26,320 nt of DNA, taken from positions 1 to 26,320 of the forward strand of contig JBAVQS010000347.1 in NCBI GenBank assembly GCA_049694275.1, given 5' to 3'. Each line of letters begins with the position of its first letter. The first letter of the stretch is position 1. The notes under the pieces are model-generated. The model ran no database searches. It worked only from the letters and a program-made list of their open reading frames with translations, and had not been told where the DNA came from. The stretch is from Anaerolineae bacterium. Its GTDB lineage: Bacteria; Chloroflexota; Anaerolineae; UBA4142; SHND01. This document shows positions 16,575 through 24,921 of this stretch, one piece after another. Both the position numbers and the translations under genes were made by a program.

Positions 16575-16591
16575 TTCAACGCTTCTCCTTT

Positions 16592-16651
16592 AGCAGGGCG
16601 AGCCACCGGCATCGCCCCTACAGCAGAGCGAGCACCAGGCATCGCCCTTAC
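16592..16651 (-). repeat. Tandem 30-bp direct repeat (26/30 identical) in the spacer upstream of feoA; each unit can form a GGGCGA/TCGCCC hairpin in the mRNA
   Basis: R1 is agcagggcgagccaccggcatcgcccctac (16592-16621). R2 is agcagagcgagcaccaggcatcgcccttac (16622-16651). Confidence 0.7.
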
Positions 16652-16833
16652 GCCTCGCGCCTTTTCTCGGCGAGGCGGCGAAACCATTTGAAGAGCGCCG
16701 GCTCGGGCGGCATCTCGTAGCCGCAGTGCGGACAGCGAATCAGGTGACAGCCCCGCGCAACCGGGCATGCGGCACATGCCACCGGGGCTGCGGCCGGATC
16801 AAATTCGCATCCACAAAAACCACAACGTATCAT
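16648..16833 (-). CDS. Small Cys-rich zinc-ribbon-like protein (61 aa) translationally coupled to feoB
   Basis: The sequence is MIRCGFCGCEF...CAACPVARGCHLIRCPHCGYE with eight Cys in CxxC-type pairs. The ATG lies 2 nt after the feoB stop. Confidence 0.5.
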   Translation of the reverse strand: MIRCGFCGCEFDPAAAPVACAACPVARGCHLIRCPHCGYEMPPEPALFKWFRRLAEKRREA

Positions 16834-16835
16834 AT

Positions 16836-18926
16836 CTACATCCTCAGCGCGGTCAGAATCCAGTTCAGCGCGCCGCCGACCGCAAACGCAAAGGGAAAGA
16901 TAAAGGCCGCGATGGCCATCGCCGTCTTCCAGCCACGCTCTTTCGCCGTGACTGAGAACTGGGCAATACAGGGCACAAAGATCGTCATCGTGACTGTCGC
17001 CACGAGGAGTTGTGCGGCGCTCAGGCTGGCCTGCATGTCATACAAGCCAGCCGCGCCATAATCCCGACGGAAAAACCCAAAGAGGAACGCGACCGCCGTG
17101 CCATCTGGCAATCCCAGCCAGCGCACCAGCGGGACGAGCGCGTTGACCGCCACATCAAACAGGCCGGTAAGATGCCCCAACCAGATGACGACACTCGCCA
17201 AAATAAACATCGGAAAGACCTCGCGCAGGTACCACTCGATGCGCGTATAGGTCTTGACGAAAATATTGCCGAGGGTCGGCATGCGCAGCGGCGGCAGTTC
17301 CATGTAAAAGGTGGGCCGTTCGCCCGGCATCAGCTGCGCAGCAAGAAACCCGACGAGCAGCAGGATGCCCACGACGATAGCCGCCCAGATGGCGAGCAGG
17401 CCGGGCCGCCCGCCGAGGAGCGCCAGCATGACCCCCAACTGCGCCGAGCAGGGAATCGCCAGCGACAGGAGGATTGTGCTCAGGATACGCTCGCGTTTGG
17501 TCTCGAGCGTGCGCGTGACAATCGTCGCCATCGTATCGCAGCCCAGGCCGAGCACAAGCGGGATCACTGCGCGGCCGTTGAGACCCAACGGTTTCATGAC
17601 ACGATCGACGAGCATCGCCAGCCGCGGGAGATAGCCGCTGTCCTCGATGATAGAAAAGGCGATGAAGAAGGTTCCGACGATGGGCAAAATGATCGCCATC
17701 GCATAGCGCACGCCCAGCGTGATCATTCCATAGTCGCCGCCGAACAGGGAGCGCAGTGCTGGCCAAGGAATGACTGCATTCAGCGCCTGATTCACGACCG
17801 GATTGATCCACCCACCGAACACCGTCCCTTCAAGCCAGGCCACGAGCGTCTGCGCGCCCAACACGCCGACAAATTCATAAAGGAGCCACAGCGCGGCGAT
17901 CAGGATCGGAATGCCGGTCAAGGGATGGATCATGGCCGCGCTCAATCGCTGGGCAAACCCCGACCGCCGGCGCTCTGGAAAAGTCACCGTCGAATCGAGC
18001 AAGTTCTGGGCTACGGCCTGCTGCTGGCGCGCGATCACATAGGCGAGCGGCTGACCGAACCGGGACCGAGTCTCCGCGACGATCCGTTCAATTCCTTGCG
18101 CCCGCGCCTCCTCCTGTTTGCGGGCCAGGTCCATCACCTCGGTGTCATTCTGCAGGAGTAGGAGCGCAATCGCCCGCGTGCTCAACTGATAGTGAGTTTC
18201 CAGCTGCGCCTGAAGCGCCGTGATCGCCTGTTCAATTGGGGCGGTATAAGAAATATTCGTCGCCGCTCGCGCCGATTTTTCGCTGGCGTTAGACGCGGGA
18301 ATCTCCGAATGGCAACTGGATGGGAGCGCCACATCGGTCACCCCTCGGGCAGCTCTTAGCTCTCCCGCAATTCGATCGCGCAGCGCCACGGTCCCCCGCC
18401 CCACCGCCAACGCCGTCGGGACAACCGGGATGCCGAGTTTCCGTTCGAGCGCGGCCGTATCGACCTGCACCCCCAGCCATTCGGCCTCGTCCATCAAGTT
18501 CACGTCGAGGATGACGGGCAGCCCGGCCTCGCGTAATTGCAGGGTCATGGGCAGCATCCGAGGCAAATTCTTGGCGTCGACGACATGAATGACCACTGCG
18601 GGGCGCTCGTGGAGCAGGATGCGCCGGGCAACGCGCTCTTCTTCGGTGATCGGCAGCAGCCGGTACATTCCTGGCGTATCCACCACGCCGACTTCTGTAC
18701 CGTTCGCTTTCCCCTTGCCGCGTGACACCTCGACCGTCGTCCCTGGATAATTCGAGACGGTGACATACGCTCCGGTCAATTTGTTAAAGAGCACGCTCTT
18801 GCCGACATTGGGGGTGCCGACGATGGCAACCAGCGGCAGGCTCTTTGTATCCTGCTGCCTATTCGAATGACAACTTGCCGCCTGTTCACTGGCGGCAACT
18901 TTCCGGTTCCACAATGAGATTTCCAT
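16836..18926 (-). CDS. feoB: Ferrous iron transporter FeoB (GTPase + membrane permease)
   Basis: The G-domain VAIVGTPNVGKSVLFNKLTGAYVTVSNYPGTTVE...VVDTPG is present, followed by a large polytopic membrane domain. ATG 18926 is preceded by GAGGA. Confidence 0.9.
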   Translation of the reverse strand: MEISLWNRKVAASEQAASCHSNRQQDTKSLPLVAIVGTPNVGKSVLFNKLTGAYVTVSNYPGTTVEVSRGKGKANGTEVGVVDTPGMYRLLPITEEERVARRILLHERPAVVIHVVDAKNLPRMLPMTLQLREAGLPVILDVNLMDEAEWLGVQVDTAALERKLGIPVVPTALAVGRGTVALRDRIAGELRAARGVTDVALPSSCHSEIPASNASEKSARAATNISYTAPIEQAITALQAQLETHYQLSTRAIALLLLQNDTEVMDLARKQEEARAQGIERIVAETRSRFGQPLAYVIARQQQAVAQNLLDSTVTFPERRRSGFAQRLSAAMIHPLTGIPILIAALWLLYEFVGVLGAQTLVAWLEGTVFGGWINPVVNQALNAVIPWPALRSLFGGDYGMITLGVRYAMAIILPIVGTFFIAFSIIEDSGYLPRLAMLVDRVMKPLGLNGRAVIPLVLGLGCDTMATIVTRTLETKRERILSTILLSLAIPCSAQLGVMLALLGGRPGLLAIWAAIVVGILLLVGFLAAQLMPGERPTFYMELPPLRMPTLGNIFVKTYTRIEWYLREVFPMFILASVVIWLGHLTGLFDVAVNALVPLVRWLGLPDGTAVAFLFGFFRRDYGAAGLYDMQASLSAAQLLVATVTMTIFVPCIAQFSVTAKERGWKTAMAIAAFIFPFAFAVGGALNWILTALRM

Positions 18927-18980
18927 GCACCTGTCCTCGCGCCTGCTCTATTTGCAAAATATTCGCAATAAGAGGGGACA

Positions 18981-19014
18981 AAAAAAGAGGGCCGGCGTCT
19001 ATCTGGCGCCGCCC
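18981..19014 (-). terminator. Intrinsic terminator of fur: GC hairpin (18989-19014) overlapping the fur stop, then T7 tract (plus-strand A7 18981-18987)
   Basis: The minus-strand read is GGGCGGCGCC-AGATAGAC-GCCGGCCC followed by TCTTTTTTTG. Confidence 0.55.
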
Positions 19015-19442
19015 TTGCACTCGCCACAATATCCCTCGACGCACAGTGTGATGCGCATCAACTCGACGCCGAGATCGCGCTCGACCTGGCGTTCGAGCTG
19101 GGCCACGAGTGGCGATTCAAATTCAAGGACCGCACCACATCGTGTACACGTGAAATGATAGTGCTCGGCCTCGGGCCGGGATTCGAAATGCCCGTGACGG
19201 TCATCCTGCGAGAGATAGGTGGGGGTAATCAGCCTCGACTCTTTTAACAGAGCCAAGGTGCGATAGACTGTGGCAAGGTTGATGCGCGGGTTGCGCTTGC
19301 GCGCGAGGTGGTACAATTCTTCGGCATCCAGATGGCGATTGCTCTCCTGGATGATCTGGAGAATCACGACCCGCTGCCCGGTCATGCGCCGGCCCTGGGT
19401 ATGTAACACGCCCCTCGCCTCTCGCAGTTTGCTACTCTCCAT
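18999..19442 (-). CDS. fur: Fur-family metalloregulator
   Basis: QRVVILQIIQES..HLDAEELYHLARKRNPRINLATVYRTLALLKESRLI and the HYHFTCTRCG...C..C motifs match Fur. The start is placed at ATG 19442 with SD GAAGGGA, where the alignment with Fur N-termini begins. The track ORF starts at TTG 19475. Confidence 0.8.
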   Translation of the reverse strand: MESSKLREARGVLHTQGRRMTGQRVVILQIIQESNRHLDAEELYHLARKRNPRINLATVYRTLALLKESRLITPTYLSQDDRHGHFESRPEAEHYHFTCTRCGAVLEFESPLVAQLERQVERDLGVELMRITLCVEGYCGECKGGAR

Positions 19443-19637
19443 GCGCGCTGTCCCTTCAGATCTGTGTTCTTGCAACTCGTTCGCAATAATATTTTCCCGT
19501 CATCCGGTCCTAGTAAGGTCCAGGCCAGGTCCGAATTGGGTCGTAATTAATCTATTGCCGATTGCACGTTGCCGCAAGGGTCGTTTGTCCCCTCGGCGGG
19601 GAAACAATCTCCCGCGTTGTGGGGTTTCCCCGCAAGG

Positions 19638-20459
19638 CTAGGTTTTGACGTCGCCGAGAATCATAAAGGCGTAAAAAGCCTTGAATACGTGCCCGTAATC
19701 CTCGTGCGTGTATTCGACGAGGCGCGGCCCGATTCGTTTCGCGTCCGGCAGAAACTCTGCGCGGTCGGCCTGGCTGCTCCGCGCATACTGGACCCGCAGG
19801 GTGATCGGCGCAGCGAGGACGTACGGGAGGTGTGCGCGTGCGAGCGTTCGCGCGGCCGCCGAGCGGATCATCTCTTGCACCCGCGACGGGGCATAGTTAA
19901 TGGCGGCAGATCGCGAGATCGCCTGTTTGACGACAACGGTTTCAAGGTGCTCGCCAAAGAATTCGCGGGCCTGGGCGCAGGCAGTCTGGTCGCCGGTCAA
20001 CAGCGCAACGGGCACGCCAAAATACCCGGCCAACGCGCCGTTCAGCCCCGATTCACCTACCTCGATCCCATTCAGCCACACCCCCTGCACGGAATCCGGC
20101 CCCCAGTAGGTGTGATCGATCGTGGCCGGCGTCGAGCCGGCGCGCGCGTGATAGCCAATGAAAAAGACAGCGTCGAATCGACGGTCGATTCCCGCCATCA
20201 TCGACCACATTTTACCCCCGCCGCTCAACAGCGTCGCCGCAGGGTGCAGGTCTTCGAGCATGAGATTTTTCATGCTCGAATGTGAATCATTGACGAGGAT
20301 CTCCTGGGCACCCGCCGCGAGCGCGCCCTCGACCGCGGCGTTTACCTCGCCCATCATCAATTTACGCATCCGCGCCCACTCGGGCGTCAGCGGCTCGGTT
20401 TCGGCGCTGCTGACCACTCCGTTAATGCCTTCAATATCCGCGCTGATATAGACGTTCAT
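19638..20459 (-). CDS. dppA: D-aminopeptidase DppA (peptidase family M55)
   Basis: The protein matches DppA across its length: MNVYISADIEGINGVV...ILVNDSHSSMKNLMLEDLHP...FFIGYHARAG...GESGLNGALAGYFGVPVALLTGD. Confidence 0.85.
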   Translation of the reverse strand: MNVYISADIEGINGVVSSAETEPLTPEWARMRKLMMGEVNAAVEGALAAGAQEILVNDSHSSMKNLMLEDLHPAATLLSGGGKMWSMMAGIDRRFDAVFFIGYHARAGSTPATIDHTYWGPDSVQGVWLNGIEVGESGLNGALAGYFGVPVALLTGDQTACAQAREFFGEHLETVVVKQAISRSAAINYAPSRVQEMIRSAAARTLARAHLPYVLAAPITLRVQYARSSQADRAEFLPDAKRIGPRLVEYTHEDYGHVFKAFYAFMILGDVKT

Positions 20460-20489
20460 CGCCTCTGCTCCGTAAAAGAATATTTGGAA

Positions 20490-23400
20490 TCAGCCCCGCC
20501 GTTGCCACAGTTCGAGGAGGGCCCGATTAAAGCGGTCATTCTCAAGGAAAGATTTACGCCATTCGGGATCACTAATCTGAGCCGCCTTGTACATCAATTC
20601 GCGATAGCCCGCCTCAATCGCTGCCGCCGCGTCGGCGTGTTCGCCGAGCGCGTCAAATACCTCGATACACGTCTGATAAACGCTCATGGCATAATCCATT
20701 CCCGCCGTGCCATGGTCCTGCAGAAACGTCCAGACGAGATCAGCCTGCCGGCGCGCTTCTGACAGATGCCCCTGGGCCCTTGCGCACCGCGCCAGCCCGG
20801 CGGCGACCTCGTGTGCGAGCGGGAGCGCGCCGGCATCCATAAACAGATCGTGCGCTTCTGCAAATCGCTGCTGGGCGGCCGCGTGGTCTCCCGAACTCTC
20901 TAACACCAGGCCCAGTTCGTACAGCACGCCGGCCTCGCCATAGACATCCCCGGCGACAATGATCTGGGACAGCGCTTCCTGGTAGAACTGCTTGGCCGAG
21001 CGCGCATCGTCGCACAGCCAACAACTCTCGCCCAGGTTCCACAGCGTATACGCGCGCTGACGGCGCGCTCCGAGCGCCTGCGTAATCTGCACGGCCTGTT
21101 CGAGGAGGGGACGCGCCGATTTATACATACCGAGGTTGAGATACGCAACCCCAAGGTTAGAAAGTCCGACTGCCTCTTGATAGCGATTGCCCAGCCGGCG
21201 TTCGATCGCAATCTGCTCGCCGAGGAGTTGAGGGGACTTGCCCAGATCACCCGACTCGGAATAGCAAAACTCGGCGCGATAGAGGACAAGGGCAAGCGTC
21301 GCAGGGTCGCCCACCTTGCGCGCCAGTGACAGCGCCTGTTCCACGGTCGCCACCCCGATCGCCACTTCTCCCAACCGCGTCTGCAACATGGCCTCGATCG
21401 ATAATGCCTTCGCCTCGACTAGCGCATCACCCACCCGGTGCGCGGCGGAGACGGCCAACTGCGCCGCCTCGAGTCCTTCGCGATAGTTCCCTTTCCGGCG
21501 CCGATCCTCAGCCTGCCGGTGATAGACCTCTGCCCGCCGCCGGTCGTCCTGCATGGCATTCGCAATCTGTAAGAGAAATACAATATCGGCACGCGCGGCA
21601 TCGAGCTCGCCGAGAATTCCCAACGCCTCTTCGCGGCCGAGGAGCGCCTGCCAGCGCCGGTCTACATCGGTTGCCGGCGTCAAGCTCAGTACGCGGCTGT
21701 AAAAGCGCCTGGCCTCTTGCATCGCCCCCTGTTTGGCTGCGCGCTGCCCGGCGCGCAGGTACCAATTGGCAGCCGCAGTGGCATCACCAGCTCGCTCCGC
21801 ATGTTCCCCAATCACGCCCGCAAATTCGTCCAGACGCCCGGCCCGCTCTGCCTGCGCCTCCCACCACCGCGCCGCTGCATGATGCCATGCAGTACGCTCA
21901 CGTTTGAGCACACTCTCATAGGTTGCTTCGCGCAACAGGGCATGCTGAAAGCTCCACTCGGTCTCTCCCACCAGCGAGGACTCGGGTTGGCGCCGCACCA
22001 GTCCGCGCAATTGCAGGGATTCGAGCGTCTGCGCGCTCTCCGGTATCCCCAACGCCTGCACCCCGCCGGTCCAGAAATCTCTGCCAAAGATGGCGCCGCG
22101 CTGGAGCGTCGCGCGTTCGAGCGTCGAGAGCGAATTGAGCCGCGTGAGCAAGAGATGTTGCAGCGTCGCGGGTAAAGGCGATTCATTCAAGCGCGCCGGG
22201 ACAAAGCGCCACGGCAAATGGCTCTTGTTGATAATGCCACGATCGACGAGCCAGTTCACCAACTCTTCAGCGTAATAAGGTACACCCTCGGTCCGCTCGA
22301 CGATCAGCTCGACGATATCATCCGGAAGATTTTCAACCGCATCCAATAATTCGCGAACCAGTTCCCGGGTTGAGCTATCGGGGAGAGGCGCGAGTTGAAT
22401 CATAGAGATAGAGATGGATGATAAGGACTGACCGGGGATAGCCGATGGGAGTTTATTATCAACGCCGGCCAGCCGGTAATCATCCGGCGCCCCGGTGGGC
22501 GACAGCGCGGCCGGCGGCGTCCAATCAGGTCGCGCCGTCCCGAGGATAAATAGACCATTTAACCCGGTTGGGAGCGTCGGTCCTGAACGGTCCCCTTGGC
22601 CGCGGGGCTCGACCTCATTTGCAAGCACAACCTGTTTTAGCCACTCCCACGACGCCGCATCTGCCCATTGCAAATCTTCAAGGAGAATCTCGACCATGTT
22701 CTCCTGGCGCATGGCAGTCAATAACTCACGGCTGACCACCCAGGCCCGGCCATTGACCTGCGTGGGATCGCCCCGCATCGCGCCAATGTGTGGACTATCC
22801 TCAAAAGGCAGTCCAAGCAAGAGCCCCAGCGCGTGCGCCGGTTCGACCTCGCTCGTTCGCCCCAATCGCTGAAATTCCTGCACCCAGCACGCCTCTGCTT
22901 CGGCCCGTGGCGCATCCTCGGCAATCTGAAAGCGATCAAACCACATTCTGCGAATCAGTGCGAACGGCTGGGCCAGATCCCCCGGAAAGGCGCGGGCGCG
23001 CAGCACGCGCACGGTCTCCTGGCGCAATTCGATCCAGTCGCCACAATCCTCCAAGAGGCGGGTCTTGCCGATGCCCGGCTCGCCGACCAGTTGCGCCCAG
23101 ACGGCCCGCCGATTCTCGAATGCGTCGAGATAAGCCTGCTCCAGGGTCAAGAGCTCCCGCTCACGTCCGATGGTGCGGGCCTGAGCGCCGGCCACACCGC
23201 GCCGGGCCATGCGAAACGCGCGGCGTTTTGCGCGCCGAACCAGGTAGGTCTGCACCGGTTCGCGTTTGCCCTTGACGCTGAGCGGCGGGCACGGGGTCAC
23301 ATCGAACACACCGCGCACGTGGGAATAGGTGTCATGCGAAATGAGCACGCCGCCGGGGGGAGCGGCCGTCTCTAATCGCGCCGCAAGGTTCATCGCATCG

Positions 23401-23939
23401 CCGGTCGCAGTAAATTCCTTGTAGCCTCCGGCGCCAATCTCACCCGTCACGACCAGACCAGTGTGAATACCGATGCCAAGAGCAGGACGAGGCATTGGGG
23501 ATTGGGCGTTCCCAATTTCCAGGCCCGAACTGATATCCAATGCCGCGCGGACGGCATTTTCGGGGTCCCATTCGCTGTACGCATGTGCGCCAAAAAGAGC
23601 AAGGAAACCATCCGCCAGGTATTGCGCAATCGTTCCCTGGTATTTTGCAATGACCGGTGTGATCCTGTCATAAAGGGCGCCGATGATTTGGCGCCACTCT
23701 TCCGGGTCCAGTTGCTCTGCCTGTGCGGCGGCGGTGGGGATGCCGGCAAAAAGAATGGTGATGAGCCGCCGCTCATCAATCGAGGGTAAAGGGGCCGGAG
23801 ACTCTAGCGCGGCCAGCTGTGCACGCAGGGGAACAATTGCAGTTTCGACAACCGCATCGCCAAGGACCGGGCGCTGTGATTCAAGGATCGCGATGGTCGA
23901 GCGTATCTGGACAATTTGCGCCTGGGTCAACTCGGACAA
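20490..23939 (-). CDS. Multidomain signalling protein: class III adenylate/guanylate cyclase domain + STAND/AAA ATPase (P-loop GEPGIGKT) + C-terminal TPR repeats
   Basis: The cyclase core is ITILFAGIP...FLALFGAH...GIHTGLVVTGEIG...FTATGDAMNLAARLE. It is followed by LVGEPGIGKTRLLE and a long run of TPR-like helices. The probable start is TTG 23939 after SD GGAGGTGAAGG. The track ORF begins 6 codons earlier at 23957. Confidence 0.85.
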   Translation of the reverse strand: MSELTQAQIVQIRSTIAILESQRPVLGDAVVETAIVPLRAQLAALESPAPLPSIDERRLITILFAGIPTAAAQAEQLDPEEWRQIIGALYDRITPVIAKYQGTIAQYLADGFLALFGAHAYSEWDPENAVRAALDISSGLEIGNAQSPMPRPALGIGIHTGLVVTGEIGAGGYKEFTATGDAMNLAARLETAAPPGGVLISHDTYSHVRGVFDVTPCPPLSVKGKREPVQTYLVRRAKRRAFRMARRGVAGAQARTIGRERELLTLEQAYLDAFENRRAVWAQLVGEPGIGKTRLLEDCGDWIELRQETVRVLRARAFPGDLAQPFALIRRMWFDRFQIAEDAPRAEAEACWVQEFQRLGRTSEVEPAHALGLLLGLPFEDSPHIGAMRGDPTQVNGRAWVVSRELLTAMRQENMVEILLEDLQWADAASWEWLKQVVLANEVEPRGQGDRSGPTLPTGLNGLFILGTARPDWTPPAALSPTGAPDDYRLAGVDNKLPSAIPGQSLSSISISMIQLAPLPDSSTRELVRELLDAVENLPDDIVELIVERTEGVPYYAEELVNWLVDRGIINKSHLPWRFVPARLNESPLPATLQHLLLTRLNSLSTLERATLQRGAIFGRDFWTGGVQALGIPESAQTLESLQLRGLVRRQPESSLVGETEWSFQHALLREATYESVLKRERTAWHHAAARWWEAQAERAGRLDEFAGVIGEHAERAGDATAAANWYLRAGQRAAKQGAMQEARRFYSRVLSLTPATDVDRRWQALLGREEALGILGELDAARADIVFLLQIANAMQDDRRRAEVYHRQAEDRRRKGNYREGLEAAQLAVSAAHRVGDALVEAKALSIEAMLQTRLGEVAIGVATVEQALSLARKVGDPATLALVLYRAEFCYSESGDLGKSPQLLGEQIAIERRLGNRYQEAVGLSNLGVAYLNLGMYKSARPLLEQAVQITQALGARRQRAYTLWNLGESCWLCDDARSAKQFYQEALSQIIVAGDVYGEAGVLYELGLVLESSGDHAAAQQRFAEAHDLFMDAGALPLAHEVAAGLARCARAQGHLSEARRQADLVWTFLQDHGTAGMDYAMSVYQTCIEVFDALGEHADAAAAIEAGYRELMYKAAQISDPEWRKSFLENDRFNRALLELWQRRG

Positions 23940-24103
23940 TCCTTCACCTCCTATCAACGATGCAGATGAACCACGCAGATTCTAATGCCGACCCCATCCC
24001 CTGTCAAAAGCCCGCTCCGCGGCGCATCACCATCATAACCCCGTACGAATGAAGATAAAAGGGCGTGGAATTAAAGCGTGGTAGGTCGATCCGCCGGTTA
24101 GAA

Positions 24104-24132
24104 TTGACCTGCTCGCTCGTACATGCTATAGT
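24104..24132 (+). promoter_or_regulatory. sigma70-type promoter: -35 TTGACC (24104-24109), 17-bp spacer, extended -10 TGcTATAGT (24124-24132)
   Basis: The match was read directly from the sequence. It lies about 20 nt upstream of ATG 24152. Confidence 0.6.
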
Positions 24133-24151
24133 ACGCTTACGAGCAAGACCT

Positions 24152-24865
24152 ATGCCTGAGAAACCGCCCGATCTGGGTCAATTATTCCACCAATTACAGC
24201 ACGGCGAACTCGAACGTGACCAGCTTGCCACCGTTCCCCTGGACCCATCCCTTGCCTTGTTGCGAACGTGGCAGGCAGATCGCCTGGCCCGGACCTACGC
24301 CGACCTGCTGGAAAATCCGTCGTTTGCGCCTGCCTGCCAGTTCTTTTTGAGCGACATTTATGCGCCGCGCGATTTTAGCCAGCGCGACCGTGACGCCGAG
24401 CACATGCACTCGCTCCTTTCGCGGATCATGCCCGCGCCGACCCTGAAAGCGTTTACCGACCTGATCGAGTTGAACCGGTTGACTCAGGAGCTCGACGCGG
24501 CGCTGTGCCAGGTACTGGTCCAGCAACTGGGAATGACAGAAACGCTGACCGGTGAAATGTATGCTGAGGCCTACCGCTGCTGTGACAACCGGACGGAACG
24601 CGAATCCCAGATCCAGCTCATCCAAAAGCTGCTCATCGCCGTTGGCGAGGTCGCCCAGATGTGGGGCACTGGGACCGTGCTCAAGGTTGCCCGGGGCCCA
24701 GTCCACCGCGGGGGGTATGGAGAATTGTTCGATTATACTGAGCGTGGATATATTGCCTTTAAACCGATGCGCAATTACAAAACGTTTGCCGCCATCGTCG
24801 CCCGGCGCGAAAACGAAATCCTCAGCCGCATTTTCCAAGGCCACCCTGACCCATTTGCCCTCTAG
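24152..24865 (+). CDS. Hypothetical protein (237 aa from ATG 24152); no recognised domain
   Basis: The track ORF starts at 24065. ATG 24152 lies 19 nt downstream of a near-consensus sigma70-type promoter (TTGACC-17-TGcTATAGT). Codon usage is coding-like. Confidence 0.55.
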   Translation: MPEKPPDLGQLFHQLQHGELERDQLATVPLDPSLALLRTWQADRLARTYADLLENPSFAPACQFFLSDIYAPRDFSQRDRDAEHMHSLLSRIMPAPTLKAFTDLIELNRLTQELDAALCQVLVQQLGMTETLTGEMYAEAYRCCDNRTERESQIQLIQKLLIAVGEVAQMWGTGTVLKVARGPVHRGGYGELFDYTERGYIAFKPMRNYKTFAAIVARRENEILSRIFQGHPDPFAL

Positions 24866-24921
24866 AGACGCTCGTAAGGTGGGATGGATTGGAATACGCG
24901 CCGGTCCAGCTTTTGATTGAC

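Noticed and set aside
17010-18161. 383-aa plus-strand ORF inside feoB
   Set aside because: It is antisense to FeoB. Its Arg/Asp/Gln-rich junk translation marks it as a shadow ORF.
18952-18968. Reading the feoB upstream element as a classical inverted-repeat Fur box (TTGCAAAATATTCGCAA, 14/17 palindromic)
   Set aside because: The same region is better explained as a TTGCRAA direct repeat, because the fur upstream copy keeps the direct-repeat spacing but not the palindrome.
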